Source: Candidatus Eiseniibacteriota bacterium | GTDB lineage: Bacteria; Eisenbacteria; RBG-16-71-46 | DNA: 64,000 nucleotides | Reading direction: 5' to 3' | NCBI GenBank assembly: GCA_041483195.1 | Contig: JBGPFC010000004.1 | Span: 96,001-160,000 of the forward strand | Shown here: piece after piece, positions 9,646 to 18,998 of the stretch | How the letters are laid out: each line of letters begins with the position of its first letter | How positions within the stretch are numbered: position 1 is the first letter of the stretch | Position numbers and translations under genes: made by a program | The notes under the pieces: model-generated | Told to the model about the DNA's origin: nothing | Database searches by the model: none | Seen by the model: the letters and a program-made list of their open reading frames with translations, nothing else

Positions 9646-12596
9646 GCGCTGCGCCGCTGCCCGCGCAGGTCTCGAGCGCCGACGAGATACTCAGCGGATT
9701 GAACGACGAGCAGCGGCTCGCCGTGACGCACGGCGACGGCCCGCTGCTGATCGTCGCGGGGGCGGGCACCGGGAAGACGCAGGTCATCACGCGGCGAATC
9801 GCGTGGCTGATCGCCAGCAAGCGGGCGCGTCCCGAGGAGATCCTCGCGCTCACGTTCACCGACAAGGCCGCAGCTGAGATGGAGGCGCGGGTGGACGTGA
9901 TGGTGCCGTACGGTTTCGTCGGCGCGACCATCTCGACCTTCCACGCCTTCTGCGACCGCTTCGTGCACGACCACGCGGTCGAGCTCGGCATGACCTCGCA
10001 GCTCAAGGTGGGCACGCGCGCCGACATGCTGGTCTTCATGCGAGAGCGGCTGTTCGAGCTCGGCCTGCGGCGTTACCTCCCGCTCGGCGAGCCGGACCGC
10101 CATCTCGACGCGCTGCTCTCGGTGTTCGACCGCGCGCGTGACGAGGACGTCTCGCCCGAGCAGTATCGCGACTTCGCCGAGGCGCTCGCCCGCGAGGCCG
10201 GAGACGACGCGGAGCGCCGCGACCGCGCCGAGGCCGAGCTCGAGAAGGCGCAGGCTTTCGCGGCGTACCAGCGCCTGCTGCTCGAGCACGGCCGCGTGGA
10301 CTTCGGATCCCAGATCGGGCTCGCGCTGCGGCTGCTGCGCGAGCGCGCCTACCTGAGGCGCGAGGCGCAGGATCGTTTCCGCTACGTGCTGGTCGACGAA
10401 TTCCAGGACACGAATCACGTCCAGTTCGAGATCATCCGGCTGCTCACCGGATCGCGCCGGAATCTCACGGTGGTGGGCGACGACGACCAGAGCATCTACC
10501 GGTTCCGCGGCGCCAAGGTCGAGAACCTGCTCGGATTCCTCGAAGCGTTTCCCGGAACCCGCGTGCTGCTGCTGCGCAACAACTATCGCTCCGGTCAGCG
10601 GATCCTCGACCTCGCGCATCGCATGGTGAAGTTCAACGACCCCGATCGCCTCGAGGCTCGAGACCCGGTTCGATTCGAGAAACGCCTGATCGCCGCGCGC
10701 GGCACCGAGGGCGAGGTGCTGGAGCTGGGCTTCCAGACCGGGAGCGACGAGGCCGAGGCGGTCGCCGGCGAGATCGCGGCGACCCTCGAATCCGGGGCGC
10801 GGGCCGCCCGCGAGATCGCGGTGCTCGCGCGCACGCACGCGGACCTCGACCCGGTCGCGCTCGCGCTCAAGGTGCGCGGCGTGCGCTTCCAGCGCGCGAA
10901 CCAGCGCGGCCTCTACCAGCGTCCCGAGGTCATGCTGTGCCTGAACCTGCTGCGGACGATCGCGGATCCGGACGACGGCCCGTCGGCGTACGGCGTGCTC
11001 GGCGACCCGCTGTTCGGGGTCGAGCCGCTCGACCTCGCGCGGCTCGCCGCGGCTTCGAGACGCACGCACCGCGGGCTGCTGGCCCTTTCGGCCGAAACCG
11101 CGGGCCGCGCGTCCGATGCGCTGTCTCAGGTCTCGCGCGAGGCCGTTCGCCGCTTCATCGATCTGCACCGCCGGCTCGCCGCGAGCGCGACCCGGCGCCC
11201 GACCTCGGAGGTGCTGTACGAGTTCGCGAGCGAGAGCGGGTTGCTCGCGCGGCTCTCCGCCGACGAGAGCGCGGAAGCCGCGGAGCGGGTGCAGAACCTC
11301 AACAAGCTGTTCGGCATCATCGGCCGGGTGGGGCCGCTGCTCAAGAGCGACCGCGTGCAGTATTTCATGGCGCACCTCGACCTGTTGATCGATGCCGGCG
11401 ACGACCCGCAGGCGGCGGTGGTCGAGACGGAAGAGGATGCCGTTCGCCTGCTCACCGCGCACAACGCGAAGGGTCTCGAGTTCGCGGTCGTCTACATGGT
11501 GCGGCTGGTCGAGGGCAGGTTTCCGTTGACGGCGCGATCCGCGCAGCTCGAGTTCCCGCCCGAGCTGCGCGGCGGCGGCGACCTTCGGGCCGAGTACGAG
11601 CGCGAGGAGCGCCGGCTCTTCTACGTGGGGATGACGCGCGCGCGCGACCGGCTGCTCCTCACCCACGCCGAGGACTACGGCGGGCGCCGCACGCGAAAGC
11701 TGAGCCGGTTCGTGGTGGACGCGCTCGCCATGCCCGCGCCCCCCAAGACCCGCAAGCAACCATCGGCGCTCGAGTCGATCGCGCGCTACGCGCCGGCGGC
11801 CGAGCCGGCGCCCGCCGCGATCCTGCCGCTCGGTGACGACCGGCCGCTCGAGCTCTCGCACGGGCAGATCGACGATTACCTGACCTGTCCGCTCAAGTAC
11901 CGATACGCGCACGTGGTGCAGGTCCCGCTCGGCAGCGATCCGCGCGTCATGTACGGCATCGCCGTGCATCACGCGATCCGCGTGTTTCACCAGCACCGCA
12001 TGAAGGGGCTGCCCATCACCGCCGACGACGTGATCGCGGCGTTCGACGGCGCGTGGTCGAGCGAGGGATTCTACTCACGCGAGCACGAGGAGCGCCGTCT
12101 CGAGGAGGGCCGGGCCGCGCTGCGCCGCTTCGTCGCGCGCGAGGAGGCATCGGGCCGCGTGCCGCTCGCGATCGAGCTCGAATTCAAGTTCAGCATCGAC
12201 CGCGACGTGCTGAGCGGCCGCTGGGATCGCATCGACGATGCCGGCGGCGAGATCACGCTGGTGGACTACAAGACCGCAGACGTCGATGGGGACGAGAAAG
12301 CGGAGGAGCGCGCGCGTCAGAGCCTGCGCGATGGCCAGCTGGGCCTCTACGCGCTGGCTTATGCGAGCACGCGGGGCGTCGTCCCGCGGCGCGTTCAGCT
12401 CAACTTCGTGGGCAGCGGCATCACCGGCGAGGCCGAGGTCGAGCAGGACCATCTCGATCGCGCGACCGAGCGCGTGAAGCAGGCGGCCGCGGGCATCCGC
12501 AGCGCGGCGTTTCCGCCGAAGCCCGACCAGCGCAACTGCGGATACTGTCCGTTCTCGCGCTTCTGCGTCCACAGCGCGGCGCGGGGCGGCGGGTGA
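9642..12596 (+). CDS. UvrD/PcrA-family helicase fused to a C-terminal PD-(D/E)XK nuclease with four Fe-S-type cysteines
   Basis: AGAGTGKT, LTFTDKAA, VDEFQD, VGDDDQSIYRFRGA, NYRS, TAHNAKGLEF and EERRLFYVGMTRAR; then YLTCP, GRWDRID, VDYKT, QLGLY and CGYCPFSRFC. GTG start overlaps the upstream TGA. Confidence 0.92.
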   Translation: MSAAPLPAQVSSADEILSGLNDEQRLAVTHGDGPLLIVAGAGTGKTQVITRRIAWLIASKRARPEEILALTFTDKAAAEMEARVDVMVPYGFVGATISTFHAFCDRFVHDHAVELGMTSQLKVGTRADMLVFMRERLFELGLRRYLPLGEPDRHLDALLSVFDRARDEDVSPEQYRDFAEALAREAGDDAERRDRAEAELEKAQAFAAYQRLLLEHGRVDFGSQIGLALRLLRERAYLRREAQDRFRYVLVDEFQDTNHVQFEIIRLLTGSRRNLTVVGDDDQSIYRFRGAKVENLLGFLEAFPGTRVLLLRNNYRSGQRILDLAHRMVKFNDPDRLEARDPVRFEKRLIAARGTEGEVLELGFQTGSDEAEAVAGEIAATLESGARAAREIAVLARTHADLDPVALALKVRGVRFQRANQRGLYQRPEVMLCLNLLRTIADPDDGPSAYGVLGDPLFGVEPLDLARLAAASRRTHRGLLALSAETAGRASDALSQVSREAVRRFIDLHRRLAASATRRPTSEVLYEFASESGLLARLSADESAEAAERVQNLNKLFGIIGRVGPLLKSDRVQYFMAHLDLLIDAGDDPQAAVVETEEDAVRLLTAHNAKGLEFAVVYMVRLVEGRFPLTARSAQLEFPPELRGGGDLRAEYEREERRLFYVGMTRARDRLLLTHAEDYGGRRTRKLSRFVVDALAMPAPPKTRKQPSALESIARYAPAAEPAPAAILPLGDDRPLELSHGQIDDYLTCPLKYRYAHVVQVPLGSDPRVMYGIAVHHAIRVFHQHRMKGLPITADDVIAAFDGAWSSEGFYSREHEERRLEEGRAALRRFVAREEASGRVPLAIELEFKFSIDRDVLSGRWDRIDDAGGEITLVDYKTADVDGDEKAEERARQSLRDGQLGLYALAYASTRGVVPRRVQLNFVGSGITGEAEVEQDHLDRATERVKQAAAGIRSAAFPPKPDQRNCGYCPFSRFCVHSAARGGG

Positions 12597-13399
12597 GCGC
12601 GGAAGACCCGCTCGAGCTTCGCGACGCCGCGATCGCGTTCGCGCGCGAGGCGGGCGCCGTGGTGCGCGCGGGATACGGTTCGATCCACGCGCCGGAGCGC
12701 AAGGGGCGCATCGACCTGGTCACCGAATACGATCGGCGTTCCGAGCGGCTGCTGCTCGATCGCATCGGCGCGCGATTCCCCGGCCACGCGGTGCTGGCCG
12801 AGGAATCCGGCACCCACGCCGGGTCCCGGGTGCGCTGGTTGATCGACCCGCTCGATGGCACCACGAACTTCGCGCATAACTATCCGTTCTTCGCGGTCTC
12901 GATCGGGGTGGAGGTCGAAGGCGAGCTGGCGGCCGGCGCGGTCTACGACCCGGTGCGCGACGAGATGTTCTCGGCGGCGCGCGGGGCGGGCGCCGCGTTG
13001 AACGGCGAGCCGATCCGGGTCTCGAAGATCCCGGAGATCGAAGCCGCGCTGCTCGTCACCGGCTTCCCGTACGACGTGCGCGAGCGCCCCGAGCGCGTGC
13101 TGCCGGCGTTCGAGGCGTTTCTCTCACGCGCCCAGGGCATCCGCCGCGACGGATCCGCCGCGCTCAATCTCTGTTACGTCGCGATGGGGCGGTTCGACGG
13201 ATTCTGGGAGGCCGCGCTCTCGCCATGGGATACCGCGGCGGGCACGCTGCTGGTGCGCGAGGCGGGTGGCCGCGTCACCGACTACGCGGGCGCCCGTTTC
13301 ACGCCAGGGCCCGGCTCGATCCTCGCGACCAACGACCGGATTCACGAGCCGATGATGGGCGTGCTGGCCGCCGCGCTGCGCGGCAGGCGCCCGGGATGA
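12593..13399 (+). CDS. suhB: Inositol monophosphatase family protein
   Basis: DLVTEYD, LAEE, WLIDPLDGTTNFAH, GSAALNLCYVA.GRFDG and WDTAAG motifs. GTG start overlaps the helicase stop. Confidence 0.92.
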   Translation: MSAEDPLELRDAAIAFAREAGAVVRAGYGSIHAPERKGRIDLVTEYDRRSERLLLDRIGARFPGHAVLAEESGTHAGSRVRWLIDPLDGTTNFAHNYPFFAVSIGVEVEGELAAGAVYDPVRDEMFSAARGAGAALNGEPIRVSKIPEIEAALLVTGFPYDVRERPERVLPAFEAFLSRAQGIRRDGSAALNLCYVAMGRFDGFWEAALSPWDTAAGTLLVREAGGRVTDYAGARFTPGPGSILATNDRIHEPMMGVLAAALRGRRPG

Positions 13400-13420
13400 A
13401 CGGCGCCCGGCGCGCGCGAC

Positions 13421-13819
13421 TCAGGCCGCGGCGCGGCCGGACTGAATGCGGAGCTTGTCGCGAATGAGCCGGACCAGGTCCGACATCTCGTAGGGCTTGC
13501 TCACGAAAGCGTCGGCGCCCATGTCGAGCGCGAGCTTGCGGTCGGGTTCCCCCGAGCGCGCGCTGAGCACGACGATCGGCATGTTGCGATAGCGCTCGTC
13601 GTACTTGAGCGCGCGGCACACCTTGTAGCCGTCGAGCTTCGGCAGCATCAGGTCGAGCACCATGAGATCGGGCTTGTCGCGCTGCGCGCGCCGCAGCCCC
13701 TCCTCGCCGTCGGCGGCGTCGATCACCGTGAAGCCCTCGATCTCGAGGCCGATGCGAAGCACGGAGACGAGATCGGACTCGTCGTCAACGATCAGAATGC
13801 GGGGCTTGCTCTCGGACAT
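13421..13819 (-). CDS. Single-domain response regulator (receiver only)
   Basis: ILIVDDE, PDLMVLDLMLP, LSAR and KPY motifs; 132 aa. Confidence 0.92.
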   Translation of the reverse strand: MSESKPRILIVDDESDLVSVLRIGLEIEGFTVIDAADGEEGLRRAQRDKPDLMVLDLMLPKLDGYKVCRALKYDERYRNMPIVVLSARSGEPDRKLALDMGADAFVSKPYEMSDLVRLIRDKLRIQSGRAAA

Positions 13820-13856
13820 CGTGTCCCTCGGCGTGGGGCGTAATCCCTCGCGCCGG

Positions 13857-15821
13857 TTATCGGTCTGGCGCGCCGCGTTCTAGAGCGTTTTTTGGAGTCG
13901 CGGGCGTACCCTCGCGCGTGAATTCCACGCTGCCGGTGGCGTCGCCTCCCGCGATCAGATCGCGAACCCGGATTTCGAGCCGGTAGCGTCCCGCGGGGAG
14001 CGCCTCGATCGGGACGCTCACGAACTGGCGGCGCAGCGCGCCCTCCTGCTCCTCGGCACGGGAGGCCGAGATCAGGGGAAGTCGCCGCGGTCGCGGCTGC
14101 AGCGCGCGCTGGATCCAGACCCGCCGGTCGCGCTCCGCGGTGCTCACGGTGTACACGTACTCGAAGTGCGCGCGCCCGTCGGGACCCGCGGCCAGGTGAT
14201 AGATCTCGAAGTAGGCCGTGAGCGGATCGCTCCCGCTCACGCGCGCCGCCGGATTGGGCTCGAGCCGCACGGCCGGCGCGCCCGAGGCCAGGCTGCCCGG
14301 GAACGGCAGTCCGCAGGAGACGACGACGTCGCTGAGGCCGAGCGCCGAGTCGGATCGCGCGAGATCGGCGGATGCGCGGAACAGCCCGCGCCGCCCCTCG
14401 CGATCGCGCACGGTGAGCCCGACGACGTAGTGCCCGGGGGGAAGCTCGGCCGCGAAGTCTCCCACCTGGGCTTCCGCGGGATCGCACGCCGACGGGATGA
14501 GCACGCGCGCGGCGCGTGCGACCTCCGCGCGCGCCGAGTCGAGCACCACCCACTCCGCGCTGAGGCTGTCGCCCGGATCGCCCGCCGCCTCGAGCTGCGC
14601 GAGCAGTCGCGGTCCGCCCTCTCCCTCGAAGCGGGCCAGCGCCCCGTCGATCGGCCGGGGCTTCACCCCGGGCGGCAGCATGGGAAACACGCCGCGCCCC
14701 CCCGCGGTCGCGATCGCGTCGCCGCGGCTCGCGAGCGAGTCCGGGTCGGGCGCCGGATCGGGATCTTCGTACAGGTCGATCGGGAGCTGGAAGTATTCGG
14801 AGAGCAGGCGATCTTGAAGCGCGACCCGCATGCCGAGCGTCGGCCATTCCCACAGCAGGATGTTCGCGGGGAACGCGCGGCCGAATGGCGACGTCACGTA
14901 GAGCTTCTCCCCGACCGGGTTGTAGTCGGCGGTCTCGGGCGCGCCGTAGCGCACGTAGAGTTCCCCCCGCTCGTCCCATGCGCGCCGCTTCGGGTCGAAG
15001 TAGAGGAAGTAGGCATGGCTCACGCGCGACCAGTACTCGAGCAGCGCCTCGTTCTCAGGGGTCGCGAGGTCGGGATCGTGCTCCTTCCAGAATTGCCGCA
15101 CGAACTTCGCCTGCTGGGCCTGCGAGAGCCGGTGGAGCACGAACGTGTCGCGCGCGGTCGCGACCGGAGCGATGTCGTCGAACAGCTCGCGCACCGAGCG
15201 CCGCAGCCGCGGGACCGCGACCGCGAACAGGCTGTCCGCGCGCGCGACCCGCCCGAGCCGGTACGCGGTGTAGGCCTCCTCGATCAGCGCCTCGGGGCGC
15301 GACGGATCGGCCTCGGCCGCGCGGGCCGCCGCCGCCGCCGCGGCTTCGAGCTTCTTCTGCTCCACCAGCAGCGGGACGATCGTCAGCCACGCATCGATCC
15401 GATCGGGATCGAGCCGCGCCGCGATCGAGAGCTGATCGACCGCCCGCGCGAGGGAGGTCTGGTCCAGGTACTTGAGCCAGTCGCGGCGCCACACCTGCGC
15501 GAGGCCGATGCGCGCCTGCGCGTCGGAGGGCTCGAGCCGCGCGACGCGCTCGAACCGTTCCCGGGCCAGGCGCAGGAATCCGGCCTCGTAATAGATGCGG
15601 GCGAGCGTGATCTCGTAGGTGGCGCTCCCCGGGGCCAGCCGAGTCGCCTCCTCGAGCGCTTCGATGGCGAAGCGACGGTCGTCGATCGTGTTGCGCCGCA
15701 GGTGCGCGAGCGCGCGATCGAACAACACCTGCGCTCGAGGCGGGGCCGCGCCCGGCGCGGCCGGCGCCGAGGCCGGCGCGAGCAGCAACAGCACGGCGAG
15801 CAGCGAAGTGGATAAGCGCAA
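13857..15821 (-). CDS. Secreted TPR-repeat and GWxTD-domain protein
   Basis: Signal peptide, TPR-like helices, then FWKEHDPD..TPENE...YWSRV...WDERGELYVRYGAP. TTG start at 15821 preferred because the ORF-track start 15881 lies inside a putative -35 box (TTGACC-18-CATACT) and GGAGG precedes 15821. Confidence 0.75.
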   Translation of the reverse strand: MRLSTSLLAVLLLLAPASAPAAPGAAPPRAQVLFDRALAHLRRNTIDDRRFAIEALEEATRLAPGSATYEITLARIYYEAGFLRLARERFERVARLEPSDAQARIGLAQVWRRDWLKYLDQTSLARAVDQLSIAARLDPDRIDAWLTIVPLLVEQKKLEAAAAAAARAAEADPSRPEALIEEAYTAYRLGRVARADSLFAVAVPRLRRSVRELFDDIAPVATARDTFVLHRLSQAQQAKFVRQFWKEHDPDLATPENEALLEYWSRVSHAYFLYFDPKRRAWDERGELYVRYGAPETADYNPVGEKLYVTSPFGRAFPANILLWEWPTLGMRVALQDRLLSEYFQLPIDLYEDPDPAPDPDSLASRGDAIATAGGRGVFPMLPPGVKPRPIDGALARFEGEGGPRLLAQLEAAGDPGDSLSAEWVVLDSARAEVARAARVLIPSACDPAEAQVGDFAAELPPGHYVVGLTVRDREGRRGLFRASADLARSDSALGLSDVVVSCGLPFPGSLASGAPAVRLEPNPAARVSGSDPLTAYFEIYHLAAGPDGRAHFEYVYTVSTAERDRRVWIQRALQPRPRRLPLISASRAEEQEGALRRQFVSVPIEALPAGRYRLEIRVRDLIAGGDATGSVEFTREGTPATPKNALERGAPDR

Positions 15822-15927
15822 GTGTTCTCGGGCCTCCGTTCGGGCGGCGGAAGTATGGCGGCGACCGGGAGAGCCGGTCAACGTGACGGTGCCGCGCGCC
15901 GATGCCGAGCCCGCCGCCGCGCGGCGC

Positions 15928-15988
15928 TTGACGGGGCGGGTTCGGCTCGGACAATATGCCGACGCATGAACACTTCCTCAAGTATTCA
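15928..15988 (+). promoter_or_regulatory. Promoter (TTGACG-16-GACAAT) followed by an ArsR/SmtB-type operator
   Basis: AT-rich imperfect inverted repeat TGAACACTT-cctc-AAGTATTCA (15967-15988), resembling the SmtB core TGAACA-N2-TATTCA, lies just upstream of an ArsR gene. Confidence 0.65.
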
Positions 15989-15999
15989 ATCTCGCTGAC

Positions 16000-16452
16000 G
16001 TGTCAGCGCACGCCACCCTCACGCGCGCCCGCGCGCCCGCGCGCCGCGCGCACCGCGCGGAGCCGCGGCCGGAGCCCGCTGGCGTCCGCGCCCAGCGCGT
16101 GCGACGCGCTCTCGAGGACCACGCTCTGGTCGAGCGCCTGTCGCGCACGTTTCGGGCGCTGGGCGATCCGACGCGCAGCAAGCTGGTGTTCGCGCTCTCG
16201 CTCGCGGAGCTGTGCGTGAGCGATCTCGCGCACGCGCTCGGCGCCTCGCTGTCTGCCACCTCGCACCAGCTTCGAATCCTGAGAGACCTCGACATCGTGC
16301 ACGTGAGACGCGAGGGCAAGAGCCAGCTGTACACGCTCAACGAGAAGGCGTTCGGATTCTGCGCGCCGCGGGTGTGCCGCGCGTGGAAGCAGACCCTCGA
16401 AGGCGACGCCGAGCGCGGCGAGGCGCTGGTGCGCTTAGGCCCCCGCCGCTAG
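16000..16452 (+). CDS. ArsR/SmtB family metalloregulator
   Basis: FRALGDPTR, ELCVSDLA, SATSHQLRILR and RREGK motifs; C-terminal CxxxxC. Confidence 0.9.
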   Translation: MSAHATLTRARAPARRAHRAEPRPEPAGVRAQRVRRALEDHALVERLSRTFRALGDPTRSKLVFALSLAELCVSDLAHALGASLSATSHQLRILRDLDIVHVRREGKSQLYTLNEKAFGFCAPRVCRAWKQTLEGDAERGEALVRLGPRR

Positions 16453-16468
16453 CGGGAGACGCACGCCC

Positions 16469-17737
16469 ATGTTCGAAGCCCTGGTCATCACGTTGCGGGA
16501 AGGCGTCGAGGCGGCGCTGGTGCTCGCCCTCGCGCTCGCGCTGCTCGAGCGGCGCGGACTCGGCGTCCTGCGCGGCGCCCTGTTCGCGGGCGCCGGCGTC
16601 GCGCTCGCGGCGTCGGCCGGCATCGCGCTGCTCGCGACCCGCATCACCTGGAACGCCGAGCTGGCCGAGGGTTTCGCGATGCTGGCGGGCGCCGTGCTGG
16701 TGCTCACGCTGGTCGCGTGGATGTGGCGGGCGGCGCCGCGCATGAAGGAGGAGATCGAGGGCGGGATCACGCGCGCGACCGGCGGCGCCCGCGGTGGCGC
16801 GGCCGGCGTGTTCCTGTTCGCGTTCGGCATGGTGCTGCGCGAGGGCGTCGAGACCGCGCTGTTCCTGTCCGCCGCGAGCTTCAACAGCCAGGGCCTCGCG
16901 CTGTGGCTCGGGGCCGCGATCGGTCTCGCGCTCGCCGCGTGCTTCGGCGTCCTGTTCGTGCGCGGCACGCTGCGCGTTCCGCTCAAGCCGTTCTTCTCGC
17001 TCACTTCCGCGGTGCTGCTCCTGATCGCGGCCCAGCTCCTGGTCGGCGGGCTGCACGAGCTGTCCGAGGCGGAGCTGCTGCCATCGAGTCGCGCGGAGAT
17101 GGCGCTGATCGGCCCGCTCGTCAAGAACGAGCTGCTGCTGTTCACCCTCACGGTCGCGCTCGCGGCGGGCTGGCTGCTGTTCGGGCCGATGCGCCGCGCG
17201 GCGTCCACCGGCGCGGCATCCGGAGAGGCGGCGAGCGGCCCCGAGGCCCGGCTGCGGCGCGCCGCGGCGGCCCGCGACGCCGCGCGGCGCCGCTGGACCG
17301 GACTGCTCGCGATCATCGTCGTGGCCTTCCTCGCGACAGCGTTCGCGCAGAGCGCCCGCGTTCCCGATCGCCCTCCCGCGACGCCGCTCGCGGTGGAGGC
17401 GGGCGAAGTGCGCATCGATCCCGCGCCGCTCGACGATCGTCACGCGCACTTCTTCGAGGTCTCGCTCGACGGCGCGACCACCCGGATCTTCGCGATCTCG
17501 GTGGGCGGCGAGCTGCGCACCTGCTTCGACGCATGCGAGATCTGCGGCGACCGCGGATACTTCGAGTCGGGCGGCTCGATGCTGTGCCGCAACTGCTCGT
17601 CTCCGATCGCGCTGTCCACCATCGGCCGCGGCGGCGGCTGCAATCCGATTCCGATTCCGCATCGCATCGAAGCCGGCCGGCTCACGATCTCGGAAGCCGA
17701 CCTGCGCGCCGGACTGCCGCGGCTCAAGGGGCGCTGA
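16469..17737 (+). CDS. FTR1/OFeT-family iron/lead permease fused to a DUF2318-like Cys-rich domain
   Basis: Two REGVE motifs in a multi-TM region; C-terminal CFDACEICG...CRNC...GGCNPIP. Confidence 0.85.
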   Translation: MFEALVITLREGVEAALVLALALALLERRGLGVLRGALFAGAGVALAASAGIALLATRITWNAELAEGFAMLAGAVLVLTLVAWMWRAAPRMKEEIEGGITRATGGARGGAAGVFLFAFGMVLREGVETALFLSAASFNSQGLALWLGAAIGLALAACFGVLFVRGTLRVPLKPFFSLTSAVLLLIAAQLLVGGLHELSEAELLPSSRAEMALIGPLVKNELLLFTLTVALAAGWLLFGPMRRAASTGAASGEAASGPEARLRRAAAARDAARRRWTGLLAIIVVAFLATAFAQSARVPDRPPATPLAVEAGEVRIDPAPLDDRHAHFFEVSLDGATTRIFAISVGGELRTCFDACEICGDRGYFESGGSMLCRNCSSPIALSTIGRGGGCNPIPIPHRIEAGRLTISEADLRAGLPRLKGR

Positions 17738-17741
17738 GACC

Positions 17742-18998
17742 GTGTTCGCGCGACTGCTCGGCGCATCGTTGCGCGCACGCCGCGGGCGGCTCGCGCTCGC
17801 GCTCACGGCGGTGGCCCTCGGGGTCGCGGTCGCGATCTCACTCGCGACCCTCGCGCTCCAGGTGGGCGACGATCTCGCGCGCTCGCTGCGCGCCGCCGGA
17901 CCGAACTTCGTGGTGCTCCCGGCGGGCGCGCGAATGAGCGTCGATCTCGGCGGTCTCGCCATCGAGCCGGCCCGCGCGGGGCTCACGCTGCCGGAGGCCG
18001 ACGTCGCGCGGCTCAAGGATTCGTTCTGGAAGCACAACGTGCTGGATGCCGCTCCCGAGCTCGCGGTGACGGCCGGCATCGGAGGCACGCCCGCGCGCCT
18101 GATCGGCACCTGGTTCGACCGCGCGATCACGAGCGCCGACGGGCCGTGGAACACGGGGCTCATGCGCCTCCATCCCAACTGGAGCCTCGCGGGACGCTGG
18201 CCGCGCGATGGCGAGGACGAGATCGCGCTGGGCCGCGAGCTCGCGGCTGCGCTCGGCGTCGTCGCCGGCGCTCGCGTCCGCGTCGCGCTCGGCGGGCACG
18301 AAGCACAGTGGCGGGTCACGGCCGTGGTCACGGCGGGCGGGCTCGACGACCGCCGCGCGTGGGCGCCGCTCGATCGGGTGCAGGCGCTGGCCGACCGCCC
18401 GGGCGCGGTCGACCGCATCTGGCTCTCGGCGCTGGTGCGGCCGGCATCGCGCGAGATCGCGCCCGATCCGAAGCGCGATCCGCGCGGCTACGAACGCTAC
18501 ATGTGCACGGCCTATCCATCGGTGGTCGCCCGCGAGCTGGAGGAGCGCCTCGGGGCGGTCGAGGTGCTGCCCATGACCGAGGTCGTGGCGGGCGAGGCCA
18601 GCGTGGTCGAACGCCTCAACCTGCTCATGCTGCTGCTCGCGCTGGCGGCGCTCACCGCATCCGTCCTCGGCCTGCTCTCGACCACGACGGCGGCGGTGGT
18701 CGAGCGCAGCGTGGAGCTCGGATTGCTGCGCGCGCTCGGCGCGTCCGCGGGCCAGATCGCGGCGCTCCTGCTCGGTGAGACGATCATCGTCTCGCTCGCG
18801 GGCGGCGCGCTGGGCTTCTGGCTCGGGAGCCTGGGCGCTGCCGCGATCCGCGGGCAGACGTTCGGCACGGCGGCGCCGATCCAGCCGTTGCTGCTCCCAC
18901 TCGCGCTGATCCTCGCGCTCGCGGTCGCGTGCCTCGGAACGCTCGCGCCGCTGCGACTCGCGTTGCGCCTCGATCCCGCCGCGGTGTTGCGTGGCTAG
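17742..18998 (+). CDS. ABC transporter permease, MacB/FtsX type (Fet/P19-operon-like)
   Basis: N-terminal TM helix, periplasmic domain with FWKHN and YMCTAY, C-terminal ERSVELGLLRALGA FtsX domain. Confidence 0.85.
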   Translation: MFARLLGASLRARRGRLALALTAVALGVAVAISLATLALQVGDDLARSLRAAGPNFVVLPAGARMSVDLGGLAIEPARAGLTLPEADVARLKDSFWKHNVLDAAPELAVTAGIGGTPARLIGTWFDRAITSADGPWNTGLMRLHPNWSLAGRWPRDGEDEIALGRELAAALGVVAGARVRVALGGHEAQWRVTAVVTAGGLDDRRAWAPLDRVQALADRPGAVDRIWLSALVRPASREIAPDPKRDPRGYERYMCTAYPSVVARELEERLGAVEVLPMTEVVAGEASVVERLNLLMLLLALAALTASVLGLLSTTTAAVVERSVELGLLRALGASAGQIAALLLGETIIVSLAGGALGFWLGSLGAAAIRGQTFGTAAPIQPLLLPLALILALAVACLGTLAPLRLALRLDPAAVLRG

